A stretch of 64,000 nt of DNA, taken from positions 1-64,000 of the forward strand of contig JAYYZJ010000002.1 in the NCBI GenBank assembly GCA_036340075.1. The letters run 5' to 3'. Positions 54,791-64,000 of the stretch are shown here, piece by piece. Every line of letters starts with the position of its first letter. Within the stretch, counting starts at the first letter, position 1. The notes below the pieces were generated by a model, which was given only the letters and a program-made list of their open reading frames with translations, was not told the origin of the DNA and made no database searches. The translations under genes and the position numbers were made by a program. The DNA is from Thermodesulfobacteriota bacterium. GTDB taxonomy: Bacteria; Desulfobacterota_D; UBA1144.

Positions 54791-55804
54791 ATGGCAAAAG
54801 CATTAATTACTGGAATAACAGGACAAGATGGAGCTTATTTATCTAAACACTTATTAGATTTAGGGTATGAAGTTTATGGAGCAGCTAGAAGAAATTCAAA
54901 TTACAATACTGAAAGATTACAAATATTAGGAATTGAAAATGATATTAAGATAAAAGAATTTGAACTACTAGAAGAGTCAAACATAAGAAACGTTATAGAA
55001 GAAATACAACCTGATGAAATTTATAATCTTGGAGCTCAAAGTTTTGTAGGTGCTAGCTTTGTAACTCCAATGTATACAGCAGAAGTTACTGGTCTAGGAG
55101 TACTAAGAGTTTTAGATGCGATTAGAACAGTTTGTCCGAATTCTAAGTTCTATCAAGCATCATCTTCAGAAATGTTTGGGAAAGTATTAGAGACTCCGCA
55201 AAATGAGGAAACACCGTTTTATCCACGTTCTCCTTACGGAGTTGCTAAAGTTTATGCCCATTTTATAACGAAAAATTACAGAGAATCTTATAATATTTTT
55301 GGTTCCTGTGGAATCTTGTTTAATCATGAATCACCTTTAAGAGGTAATGAATTTGTTACAAAAAAAATAGTAAAAGCAGTAGCTAAAATAAAGAAAGGAG
55401 AACAAGATAAACTAATCCTTGGTAATCTCGACGCAAAAAGAGACTGGGGTTTTGCTGGAGATTATGTTGAAGCTATGCATTTAATGCTACAAGCAGAAAA
55501 ACCAGATGATTATGTCATATCAACGGGTGAAACTCATTCCGTAAGAGAATTTGTTGAACTTTCTCTTAATGCAGTAGGTATTGATTTTGAATGGAAAGGA
55601 GAAGGAGTAAAATCAGTTGCTATATCAAAAAAAGATGGAAAAGAAATTGTAGCTTGTAGCAAAGAATTTTATAGGCCCGCAGAAGTAGATTTATTACTAG
55701 GGGATTGCTCTAAAGCTCAGTCCGAACTCGGGTGGAAGCCTAAGACAACATTTAACTCACTTGTTGAATTAATGATTGATTATGAAATGAACAACGGTGG
55801 TTAA
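54791..55804 (+). CDS. gmd: GDP-mannose 4,6-dehydratase
   Basis: ALITGITGQDGAYL, YQASSSEMFG, PRSPYGVAK, LFNHESP.RG, RDWG. Confidence 0.97.
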   Translation: MAKALITGITGQDGAYLSKHLLDLGYEVYGAARRNSNYNTERLQILGIENDIKIKEFELLEESNIRNVIEEIQPDEIYNLGAQSFVGASFVTPMYTAEVTGLGVLRVLDAIRTVCPNSKFYQASSSEMFGKVLETPQNEETPFYPRSPYGVAKVYAHFITKNYRESYNIFGSCGILFNHESPLRGNEFVTKKIVKAVAKIKKGEQDKLILGNLDAKRDWGFAGDYVEAMHLMLQAEKPDDYVISTGETHSVREFVELSLNAVGIDFEWKGEGVKSVAISKKDGKEIVACSKEFYRPAEVDLLLGDCSKAQSELGWKPKTTFNSLVELMIDYEMNNGG

Positions 55805-56622
55805 AAACCCCAAAGTCTATACATAACCACAAGCATAAATGAATACTGGTTAGGAGATCCTTGTTTCTCAACCAAAGGACTATCTGCAGATTCTCCAATC
55901 AAACGGTCATATTTCAAATTTAGCAACATAGATATTTTGTCAGTAACTGGTGATGTTACTGTATTTCCTATTCCCCATGCATAGAAACCTGCATCAGGCT
56001 TATACAAGGAATATTTTTGGTTGTTAGGTGTTCCAAACCATTCATCCATAAAATCTGAATTTCCATATCTATAACTTATGGATGTTTTATTAAGAAATAG
56101 CTGGTTTAGAGTAATCCAAATAGGTTTTGTATAATTGAGCGAAAAGTCGGAATCGATTTGATCGCCAAAGTCTTCAACTCCAGTCATCATTCCTATGCCT
56201 AATGAAAAGTTCATTGGTAATTTGTATTCAAACTCAAATCCTGTCTCAAAATGGGGATCGATTTCTTCTAACAAGGTCAATGAATTATCATCACCATTTT
56301 GCCTTCCAAAATTATAATTACCAAGTGCCCCTAGAGAGATATAATCGTTGTCTAGTAATGATAATTTAGCAAAGGGGCCTGTTATTTCAAAAGAATTTAA
56401 TATTGTTCTGGTTTTATCTTCATATCTAAATCCAGCGAAAGGTATCCACATAAATCTTCTGGAACTAGAACCTTTATATGTTGGATAGTTAATAAATCCG
56501 CCGCCTATATAAATATTAGAATTAGTTCTTGGTTTTTCTCCTTCTACTTCATATGCTATCGTTTCATGATAAGAGCTAAATGTAAAAAAAACTAAAGTAA
56601 ATAAAACTAATAAATTTCTCAT
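55801..56622 (-). CDS. MipA/OmpV-family outer-membrane protein
   Basis: Signal peptide, P.YKGS, FM..WFG, YDRL.G..ADSPLV, aromatic C-terminus; AGGAG SD before ATG 56622. Confidence 0.85.
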   Translation of the reverse strand: MRNLLVLFTLVFFTFSSYHETIAYEVEGEKPRTNSNIYIGGGFINYPTYKGSSSRRFMWIPFAGFRYEDKTRTILNSFEITGPFAKLSLLDNDYISLGALGNYNFGRQNGDDNSLTLLEEIDPHFETGFEFEYKLPMNFSLGIGMMTGVEDFGDQIDSDFSLNYTKPIWITLNQLFLNKTSISYRYGNSDFMDEWFGTPNNQKYSLYKPDAGFYAWGIGNTVTSPVTDKISMLLNLKYDRLIGESADSPLVEKQGSPNQYSFMLVVMYRLWGF

Positions 56623-56703
56623 ATGCAATCTCCTACTATATCAATATATTACAAAATAAAATAATTTAAATAAAAAACCAATATTTACTTAAGTACTCCT
56701 TTA

Positions 56704-57138
56704 TCAAAAATTTAGCAATTTGGCTTTATAAATTAGTTCTCCTTTTATTGAATATATATTATGACTATGATCCATCAACATCACAAAGACTTCATTTTTA
56801 CCTTTAGACAAGATATTTGCGTCAATTAAAAATTCATTTTTATCAACCATAAATTCTTTTCTGTTGATTTCTACAAGTAAGTGGCCACTGTTCTTCATTT
56901 TATTTGAATCCAGCTTCTCTCCATCTTCTAAGTTGATTGGCAATAACTTGAAATTCTTTAGTAAAAAAACTATTTTAACTTTATTTTCAGACAATTTATT
57001 GAACTCAAAATCAATTTCCGGATAAGGCTTACTTGCTTCTACTAAATCACCATGGTGTTGTTCATGAGAATTGATTTCTACGAAAGGGTATATAGTTAGA
57101 AAAAGGAATATCATTAAAAATGAAAAAACTTTGTTCAT
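56704..57138 (-). CDS. Exported His-containing hypothetical protein (possible metal-binding beta-sandwich)
   Basis: Signal-like N-terminus followed by SHEQHHGD; GHL and DHSH motifs. Confidence 0.6.
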   Translation of the reverse strand: MNKVFSFLMIFLFLTIYPFVEINSHEQHHGDLVEASKPYPEIDFEFNKLSENKVKIVFLLKNFKLLPINLEDGEKLDSNKMKNSGHLLVEINRKEFMVDKNEFLIDANILSKGKNEVFVMLMDHSHNIYSIKGELIYKAKLLNF

Positions 57139-57159
57139 TTTATCTCCAAGAATTGTATA

Positions 57160-57939
57160 TCATCCCAATAAAATATCTAAAGCCATCATAACAACAAGTC
57201 CAACCAAAAAGCCAGCAGTTGCATAATTCTCGTGCCCTCTCCTATGAGTTTCGGGTATTATCTCGTGACTAATAACAAAAAGCATTGCGCCCGCTGCAAA
57301 ACCTAATCCCCATGGCAATAAATGCTGGAAAGTTACAACTAAGCTTGCCCCTAAAAATCCAAAGAGAGGTTCAAACAAACCTGTTATAGTTGCAATTACA
57401 AAGGATTTTAATCTTGAATAGCCAACAGAAACTAGAGAAAATGCTACTGCCATTCCTTCTGGAATATTTTGAAGACCTATACCAATAGCTAAACTTTTTC
57501 CGTTATCTATATCTCCTCCACCAAAGCCTACACCAACTGCTAAACCTTCAGGCATATTGTGTAAAGTTATAGCGATTATAAAAAGCCAAATCTTTGAAAG
57601 TTTTTCTCTATGTGCTTCACTATGGGATGTACCTAAAATAAAATGTTCATGTGGAGCTTTGCTTTGAATAATCCATATTGAGATAGCACCAATGATAAGT
57701 CCTCCGAGAACTACAGCCAAGGATATTTCTTCGTCGTTATACATTTCTGTTGCAAAATCAAGTCCTGGAATTATCAATGAAAAAAAACTTGCCGCTAGCA
57801 TAACCCCAGCAGCAAAACCTAAAGAAGTATCTTCAAATTTCTCAGTAATTTTATTTACAAAAAAAACTGGTATTGCTCCTACTGAGGTAGCAATTCCAGC
57901 TAAGAAACTGGCAATAAAAGCAATTAGTACTATATCCAT
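57160..57939 (-). CDS. ZIP-family (GufA/ZupT-like) metal transporter
   Basis: GFAAGVML, His-rich loop PHEH...HSEAH, LHNMPEG, LQNIPEG, EIIPE. Confidence 0.93.
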   Translation of the reverse strand: MDIVLIAFIASFLAGIATSVGAIPVFFVNKITEKFEDTSLGFAAGVMLAASFFSLIIPGLDFATEMYNDEEISLAVVLGGLIIGAISIWIIQSKAPHEHFILGTSHSEAHREKLSKIWLFIIAITLHNMPEGLAVGVGFGGGDIDNGKSLAIGIGLQNIPEGMAVAFSLVSVGYSRLKSFVIATITGLFEPLFGFLGASLVVTFQHLLPWGLGFAAGAMLFVISHEIIPETHRRGHENYATAGFLVGLVVMMALDILLG

Positions 57940-57963
57940 CCTTAAAAACTACTGTAATTAAAC

Positions 57964-58413
57964 TCAAAAAGCAATTAGTCTTAAAATTAAATTAGCTACA
58001 ATACCTGCTCCAACATCATCAAGAGTTATCCCCAGACCGCCATGGAGATTTTCTAACTTATTAAGCGGAAAAGGTTTCCAAACATCGAACAATCTAAAAA
58101 GAACAAAACCACACAATAAGTTTCCTATTGTAAATGGAACAAAAAGCAAGACAACAAAATAGCCGGCTACTTCGTCTATAACTACTTTTTTTGGATCGTC
58201 AGATTCAAATATTTTAATTGAGTAATGGGAACTAATTATAGAAAGAATGATGATTATCAAAGTAGTTAATCCTAACTCTGAGAATCCAAAGTGGAACATC
58301 TTAACAAGAAGACAATAAAATAAAAGTGCACCAAATGTTCCAAATGTCCCTGGCATTTTAGGTAAATATCCAAAATAAAAAAAAGTAGAAACGACCTTAA
58401 TTAAAGTATTCAT
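57964..58413 (-). CDS. pgpA: Phosphatidylglycerophosphatase A
   Basis: PGTFGT, DP..VVIDEVAG, FRLFDVWKPFP, GG.GI.LDD. Confidence 0.95.
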   Translation of the reverse strand: MNTLIKVVSTFFYFGYLPKMPGTFGTFGALLFYCLLVKMFHFGFSELGLTTLIIIILSIISSHYSIKIFESDDPKKVVIDEVAGYFVVLLFVPFTIGNLLCGFVLFRLFDVWKPFPLNKLENLHGGLGITLDDVGAGIVANLILRLIAF

Positions 58414-58492
58414 TTAGGAAGATTATGTTGAATCATAAGAATTATTCAACCGTTTCATTAGAAATAGTAACGAATATGCCGTTTTTGTATTA

Positions 58493-58529
58493 AACAAACA
58501 AATCTTAATGCTATTTAGATTTGTTTGTT
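58493..58529. repeat. Perfect 13-bp inverted repeat (AACAAACAAATCT-N11-AGATTTGTTTGTT)
   Basis: Arms at 58493-58505 and 58517-58529 are exact reverse complements. Confidence 0.9.
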
Positions 58530-58542
58530 AATTTATTAGACT
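58514..58542 (+). promoter_or_regulatory. Putative sigma70 promoter of the first GT-C gene (leaderless)
   Basis: TTTAGA-N17-TAGACT, then 7 nt to ATG 58550. Confidence 0.5.
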
Positions 58543-58549
58543 ATATATC

Positions 58550-59797
58550 ATGTTTAAAAATAATTTGATACTTTATCTAGTTTTATTTCTATCTACTCTA
58601 TTAAGTATTTATTTTAGACTTTATGAAAAGATTGGAACTGATTTTTACTTATTTTGGGACTCAATGGTTCTATATTGTGGACCCTATTTCTTTTCTATAG
58701 ATAGAAATCCTTATAGCCTTATTAACGAATGTTCCGAAAGAGTATCAAATTTCAAGTATGTGTATCTGCCAGTTTATCTTGAATGGTTTCAATTTTTTTT
58801 AAATATAAGTCAGAAAGTCTTTTTTCAATTTTGGGTTCTATTAGTGACGACATCTTTATTGTTAACAAATTTATTTCTCAACAAGATATTCGATTTTAGC
58901 AATTATTTTTTATCTTTATTTATTTTATTATTTAGTTTTAGCGGCATACCTTTTTATGGATTTCTTACAGGTAATGTTTCGATCTTTCTTTATATGATTT
59001 GCTCTCTTGGAATACTTTTAACTACAAATAAACAAAATAGTATTGTTTTGCTAGGATTAGTTCTTATAGCTCTAACAAGTATGTTTAAAATCTATATGCT
59101 CATATTCCTTTTAGTGCCTTATGTTTTCTTAGAAAGAAAGTATATAAAACATATTGTGATTTTAGGCATTTTTGTTTCTTCTTTTTTTATTTCGAATTAT
59201 TTTATCTATAAATCATTATTTCAAGAATTTTTAAATAATCTAAGCATATTGCCAATTGCTGGCGATATGGGTGTGGGCTTAATTAAAATTGTAAATCAAA
59301 TAAACTATTATATTTTGAATATCTCCGAACTTTATAATACGGGTAAACACAATTGGAATATAGACCCATCTTTAAAATTTAATATGATTCCTGATTACAT
59401 ACTTTTACTCGTAATAGTTCTGTTATTCTTTTATCTAGCAACAAAAATAAGAAATTATAAGTTTTCTGATTTAAAAGAAGAAAATATCAGAACCAAAATA
59501 GCTTTAGGTATAATAATTTCCTATCTTTGTTTACCAAGACTTAAGCAATATGATTTTTTCCTTAATACACTTGCTAGTTTCTATATAATTAATTCTGATG
59601 TTTTTAAGAATCTTATAATTAAAAGGTTTAATTCAAGAATCTATTGGCATATATCATTTTCTTTAAACTTAGCTATTTTGGCTTTCTACAATATAAAGGG
59701 TGATAACTTTTTCATATATCCATTCACATTATTACTACTTGTTTTATTTATGACATTTTATGGTATAGAGAAGAAGAAAGCTTCTACTATTTCTTAA
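58550..59797 (+). CDS. Multi-TM glycosyltransferase, GT87/DUF2029-like (GT-C fold)
   Basis: FWD...NPY...YVYLP first loop, GNV, FKIY, about 10 TM segments. Confidence 0.65.
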   Translation: MFKNNLILYLVLFLSTLLSIYFRLYEKIGTDFYLFWDSMVLYCGPYFFSIDRNPYSLINECSERVSNFKYVYLPVYLEWFQFFLNISQKVFFQFWVLLVTTSLLLTNLFLNKIFDFSNYFLSLFILLFSFSGIPFYGFLTGNVSIFLYMICSLGILLTTNKQNSIVLLGLVLIALTSMFKIYMLIFLLVPYVFLERKYIKHIVILGIFVSSFFISNYFIYKSLFQEFLNNLSILPIAGDMGVGLIKIVNQINYYILNISELYNTGKHNWNIDPSLKFNMIPDYILLLVIVLLFFYLATKIRNYKFSDLKEENIRTKIALGIIISYLCLPRLKQYDFFLNTLASFYIINSDVFKNLIIKRFNSRIYWHISFSLNLAILAFYNIKGDNFFIYPFTLLLLVLFMTFYGIEKKKASTIS

Positions 59798-59825
59798 TAG
59801 TTTTTTAAAAGGTTCGAGTTTGCAA

Positions 59826-59834
59826 TGATATAAT
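59826..59834 (+). promoter_or_regulatory. Extended -10 element upstream of the second GT-C gene
   Basis: Perfect TGaTATAAT; TAAGG SD-like sequence before ATG 59865. Confidence 0.5.
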
Positions 59835-59864
59835 TTAGAGTTTAAATTAGAATAAGGTTTTAAG

Positions 59865-61142
59865 ATGTTGAACGAAATATTTTTATTCTTGTCGCAAAAT
59901 TTTGTTTTTCCAAGAAATGTACTTACATCTACTTTTTTATTATTCCTTATTACTTTTTTTTATTTTTTATTTAAAAATAAAAAGAATATTTACATCTTGT
60001 TTCTAATACCTCTTGTAACATCTTTTTATTCGGGTTTGTCATATGCATTTAGATTTACGAATGTTCATGAAACAGCTGCTCTTTATTGGGATGTCAGAGG
60101 TTTATGGTGTGCGAATTTAGCTCTAGATGCTGGCCTTTCACCTTATAATGGAATGGCAGACTGTATGTTTCCAAATTTGCCCATGCTTGTTGCTTATCAA
60201 CCAATTTTTCTGAATTTCTTTTGGAACATAGATTACTCTTCGTTTAAATTAATTTGGCTTTCATTAGCAATTATTTTTCTTATTGTAATTTATATAAGTT
60301 CAAAGCAGATTTTAAACTATAAATCAAATCTATTATTCTTTGTCCTTTTTCTTTTAGGTGCATATGAAGGCTCTTCCTGGATAACTTTTCAAAGTGGAAA
60401 TATAGCAATCATAACTTACGGAATTTCTTTTTATTTTCTTTACAGATTAATTCAAAATGACAAAAGTCTTGGCTTCTTTGTTACAATTGGAATTTTAACA
60501 GCATTTAAATATCATTTTATATTATTACTTTTGTATCCTGTCCTAGTACAAAGAAGAATAGATATAAAATATCATGCTCTTACTTTTTTAGTATTCTTTG
60601 CGACTACGCTGACGAGCTATTACATGTACCCGCATTTATATAATGAATTATTTACTGAAGTCATAGGAAAACAATTAGATCAGGGCTTAAAGCCTTATCC
60701 TTCCCAGTTATTTATATATGATTATTTTAGAGATCATGTTGATGGATTAAAATTTAACACTTTCTTTAAAGGTTTTGTTTTTGTATCTATGTTTTTATTC
60801 TTCTATAACAGAATAAGAAAAAATTCTACATATTCTAAAGCCGATTTATTTATATTGGCAACTTTTATGATTAACCTTTGTCTTCCCAGGTTAAAGCTCT
60901 ATGATTTATTACTAATCATTCCTTGCACAATAAAAATTCTTGAAGAAAGTTGGGTTTCTACTGATAAAAAAATTATATCTAGGCTTATTACTCTTATCAT
61001 AGCCTGTACTTTCTTTTTTATATATCCTCAGTGGTGGTGGGATAATTGGTCCTATTATTATATAATCGTACTTTTTTTATTATATATATATCAGAAAGAT
61101 TTCTTCAAAGAATCCCCAAACCATAAGGTAAATAATCAATGA
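59865..61142 (+). CDS. Multi-TM glycosyltransferase, GT87/DUF2029-like (paralog of 58550)
   Basis: YWD...A...GLSPY...AYQP, GNI, FKYH; shares CLPRLKxYD with the previous gene. Confidence 0.65.
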   Translation: MLNEIFLFLSQNFVFPRNVLTSTFLLFLITFFYFLFKNKKNIYILFLIPLVTSFYSGLSYAFRFTNVHETAALYWDVRGLWCANLALDAGLSPYNGMADCMFPNLPMLVAYQPIFLNFFWNIDYSSFKLIWLSLAIIFLIVIYISSKQILNYKSNLLFFVLFLLGAYEGSSWITFQSGNIAIITYGISFYFLYRLIQNDKSLGFFVTIGILTAFKYHFILLLLYPVLVQRRIDIKYHALTFLVFFATTLTSYYMYPHLYNELFTEVIGKQLDQGLKPYPSQLFIYDYFRDHVDGLKFNTFFKGFVFVSMFLFFYNRIRKNSTYSKADLFILATFMINLCLPRLKLYDLLLIIPCTIKILEESWVSTDKKIISRLITLIIACTFFFIYPQWWWDNWSYYYIIVLFLLYIYQKDFFKESPNHKVNNQ

Positions 61143-62815
61143 AAATTGATGCCGATAATTTTGTTGCAAAATACCATAAATTTGTAATTTTTTTAATTTG
61201 TAATTTCTTATTCTTTTTTTCTACTTCTTATAAAATTTTAAATCCAGAATATATTGACTATCTTTCTCCTGGTGACATGGAAACCCATTGGCTTGGATGG
61301 TTATATTTTAGACATACACCTTTTTTGCAATTCCCCTTACTTTCAAATTTTTCATATGGCCTAGAGAATTGGTCTGCAACTATAATTCATACTGATTCTC
61401 TCCCGATTATGGCTTTAATTTTTCGACCATTCACATCTTACTTACCGCAATTATTTCAATATTTTGGTTTTTGGATATATCTCTGCTTCCTTTTTCAAGG
61501 TTTTAGTTCTTTTTATTTGATAAACTATTTTTTAAAAGATAAGACTAAAAGTGTAGTATCCACAATATTCTTTTTAATTGCTCCTATATTTTTATGGAGA
61601 CTTTGGGGTCATTACGCTCTTCTTGCACAAGGGTTATTACTTATTTCTTTTTACTTGTTTTTCTCTGATTATAAAAAACTAACTTACTGGCTTATTTTAC
61701 TTCTAGTGTCTTCTCTGATTAATGCTTATTTTTCTGGAATGATATTACTTCTATTCCTTTGTAATTTAATTAAAAAGAATAATTCCCTTAAAGAGATAAC
61801 TATTAAGTTTTTCAAAATATTATTATCATTATTGTTTTTCATGTGGATTTTAGGATTTTTCCAATTAGGGACTTCTTTTATGGCAGGTGGGTATGGATTA
61901 TATAGGATGAATATAAATTCCTTAATAAACCCAGTAGATGAAAGTTGGTCAACAATTCTTCCGCTCCTTCCTTCTGCGGATTACGATCATGATGGTTTTG
62001 CATTCCTTGGAATTGGCATATTGATACTTTTAGTATTTTCAATTTTTCTAATTGTAAAAAATCAGAACAAATTTATCTTTACAAAAGAAATAATAATAGT
62101 TCTATCATTGTGTCTATTTTGTTATATTTTTGCTTTATCTGATAATATCACACTCGGCAAAGAAATAATTTTCTCATATGAAACACCTACGTTTCTTAAA
62201 ATATTTACGAAAACCTTTAGATCAAGCGCACGTTTTATATGGATACCTTTTTATATGATTATGATTTTTGTTATTTGGATGTTACATGCTAACGTAAGTC
62301 GTAGAAACTTTTTAATAATTTTAATTTGTCTTGCAACTATCCAGATATACGACACAAGGAATGCTTTCACAAATTTTCACAAAAAACACGATAGACCAAC
62401 AGAATTTTGGAAAGGAACAGTCGTAAACGAAAAAGGTTTGGTTAGAACAAGGCCCCTATTGGATAATCAACCATGGAAAAACGAGATTTGGGATAAAGTC
62501 GTAACTAAATATAAGAAATTTTACTATGTAATACCAAAGAATCGCCCAGGAGATTACTTCGAAATAGCATTTTTAGCTGTAAGAAATAATATACAAATCA
62601 ATTTTGGTTACTTCTCCAGATATAGCAAGACTAATGAAAAAAAGGAAAAAATGAGATTAACCAAAGAAATAAAAAATGGTATCTTTGACAGAGAGGCAGC
62701 GTACTTCTTCTGGGATGAAGAACTTTACGAAATTGCCAAAACTACTAAAAAAGAAGGTGATTTGGTTTACGACATAGATGGATATAAAATTTTGCTTCCT
62801 GCATTCAATGAATAA
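61139..62815 (+). CDS. DUF6311-like polytopic membrane protein (probable GT-C fold)
   Basis: GD..HWLGWLYFR, TDSLP, FQYFG.W, FAFLG.G, FRSSARF.W, NFGYFSR. Confidence 0.7.
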   Translation: MKIDADNFVAKYHKFVIFLICNFLFFFSTSYKILNPEYIDYLSPGDMETHWLGWLYFRHTPFLQFPLLSNFSYGLENWSATIIHTDSLPIMALIFRPFTSYLPQLFQYFGFWIYLCFLFQGFSSFYLINYFLKDKTKSVVSTIFFLIAPIFLWRLWGHYALLAQGLLLISFYLFFSDYKKLTYWLILLLVSSLINAYFSGMILLLFLCNLIKKNNSLKEITIKFFKILLSLLFFMWILGFFQLGTSFMAGGYGLYRMNINSLINPVDESWSTILPLLPSADYDHDGFAFLGIGILILLVFSIFLIVKNQNKFIFTKEIIIVLSLCLFCYIFALSDNITLGKEIIFSYETPTFLKIFTKTFRSSARFIWIPFYMIMIFVIWMLHANVSRRNFLIILICLATIQIYDTRNAFTNFHKKHDRPTEFWKGTVVNEKGLVRTRPLLDNQPWKNEIWDKVVTKYKKFYYVIPKNRPGDYFEIAFLAVRNNIQINFGYFSRYSKTNEKKEKMRLTKEIKNGIFDREAAYFFWDEELYEIAKTTKKEGDLVYDIDGYKILLPAFNE

Positions 62816-64000
62816 AGAAAAAAGAGTTTTTGTATTTTTATGTTTAATACCTTTAGTATTATTTCTCGCAATTTTTGATTACAAAATATTAAATCCTAAT
62901 TATCTTGATTGGTTTCAAGAAGACACTTACCAGCATTGGCTTGGTTGGAGTTTTTTTAGAGAAACAAGCTTTCTTCAGTTCCCTATTTTGAAAAATTATG
63001 CCTTTGGTATGGATTCAGCAGGCTCCTTGATATACTCTGATTCAATTCCTATTATTGCTTTACTACTAAGGCCATTCTCGGATTTATTAGATTTTCATTT
63101 TCAATATTTTGGATGGTGGATCGCTTTATGTGTATTTCTACAATACATGACGGCATTCAAGATTATGAATCTAGTAAGCAGTAATAATATTTTTAATTTT
63201 ATAGCATCATGTTTTTTTATTTTTTCCCCAGTCTTTTTATTTAGATACAACATTGGTCATGAATCTCTTATGGGACAATGGTTAGTTCTAATCGGATTAT
63301 ACTTCTACTTGAGACCTAAAAGAGTTCCAGATAATTATTGGCTAATCTTAATATTAGGATCCCTACTTGTTCATGGATACTTCTTCGCAATGATTTCCAT
63401 AATTTACTTCGTTGTTTTGCTAAGACGCTATTATAAAGATTCTGAGGATATTAAAAAAATATTATTAAACCTTTTTCGTCTTATATCTTATTCCTTAATT
63501 TTAATGTATATAGTTGGCTATTTTACAATTGAAGATGTTTTTCATGGTGGATATGGTGGCTACAGGCTAAATATTTTGTCAATTTTTAATCCTTATGGGA
63601 GCGCATTTGGAGTAGAGTCACTTTTGCCTAGATTTTCACTCTTTAAAGCTACTAAAAATATAGGAGATTTTGAGGGTTTTAATTATCTAGGATTCGGAAT
63701 GTTGATGATGTTATCAATTTTATTAATAAATGGGATAATAAATTTTAAATACAAAAACTTCGTTGAAAAATTAAGAGATAATTCCTTTACCATAATTCTG
63801 ATTTCTATAATCACATTGTATGCGCTCTCTAATAGAATCGCATTTGGTCCCTACGAATTGTTTCAATATAATGTCCCAGAGATATTTAAACTATTCACTA
63901 GTCCTTTTCGTGCATCAGGGAGAATGTTTTGGCCAGCTTATTATATAATTTACATTTTGATACTTTTTCAAATATTCAAAAGATTTCAAATTAATTATGC
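62808..64000 (+). CDS. DUF6311-like membrane protein, paralog of 61139 (truncated by the window end)
   Basis: Not in the track. MNKEKRVF...YKILNP...QHWLGWSFFR..FLQFP...SDSIP...FQYFGWW...EGFNYLG...FRASGRMFWP. Confidence 0.75.
   Translation, partial: MNKEKRVFVFLCLIPLVLFLAIFDYKILNPNYLDWFQEDTYQHWLGWSFFRETSFLQFPILKNYAFGMDSAGSLIYSDSIPIIALLLRPFSDLLDFHFQYFGWWIALCVFLQYMTAFKIMNLVSSNNIFNFIASCFFIFSPVFLFRYNIGHESLMGQWLVLIGLYFYLRPKRVPDNYWLILILGSLLVHGYFFAMISIIYFVVLLRRYYKDSEDIKKILLNLFRLISYSLILMYIVGYFTIEDVFHGGYGGYRLNILSIFNPYGSAFGVESLLPRFSLFKATKNIGDFEGFNYLGFGMLMMLSILLINGIINFKYKNFVEKLRDNSFTIILISIITLYALSNRIAFGPYELFQYNVPEIFKLFTSPFRASGRMFWPAYYIIYILILFQIFKRFQINY

Noticed and set aside
56635..56703. Orphan AAGGAG followed by a signal-peptide-like reading (SKYWFFI*IILFC) on the minus strand upstream of mipA
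   Set aside because: No start codon and an internal stop. T-rich DNA translates this way by chance, so a pseudogene cannot be supported.
59811..59820. GGTTCGAG resembling a tRNA T-loop or att site
   Set aside because: No pairing stem, no longer match to the tRNAs here and no integrase.

Overview
A very AT-rich, very compact stretch of bacterial chromosome. Most intergenic gaps are under 60 nt and many genes overlap. I found about 60 CDS and 6 tRNAs, and no rRNA, CRISPR array or recognisable mobile element. Most of the window is housekeeping: era, aspS, mtaB/mnmA, purL/purF, valS, the rpoBC-rplKAJL-nusG-secE-rpmG-tRNA cluster, fabZ-skp-bamA-lolCD-lysS, pyrBC, lepB, rel, gmk, ligA and others. 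From about 53.3 kb to the end there is a cell-surface region: a nucleotidyltransferase-cupin fusion, a polyprenol-P GT2, gmd, a MipA/ZIP block and four tandem GT-C-type membrane glycosyltransferases. Gene order and sequence style suggest a streamlined diderm of deltaproteobacterial affinity, for example marine Ca. Dadabacteria; this is inference only. Main observations: (1) a -10 box sits 6-8 nt before the start codon of many operon-first genes, suggesting widespread leaderless mRNAs, while translation genes keep SD sites; (2) the rpmG stop codon overlaps the first two nucleotides of tRNA-Trp; (3) lpxD/lpxA, tuf, rpoZ and the ribosomal leaders are cleanly missing from their usual loci, and a GT-C glycosylation array lies behind a perfect 13-bp inverted repeat; (4) several enzymes look foreign in place (CAD/archaeal-like PyrB, alphaproteobacterial-like PurF and ValS, plant-like SirB). 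All product calls come from motif recognition by eye; no database searches were run.
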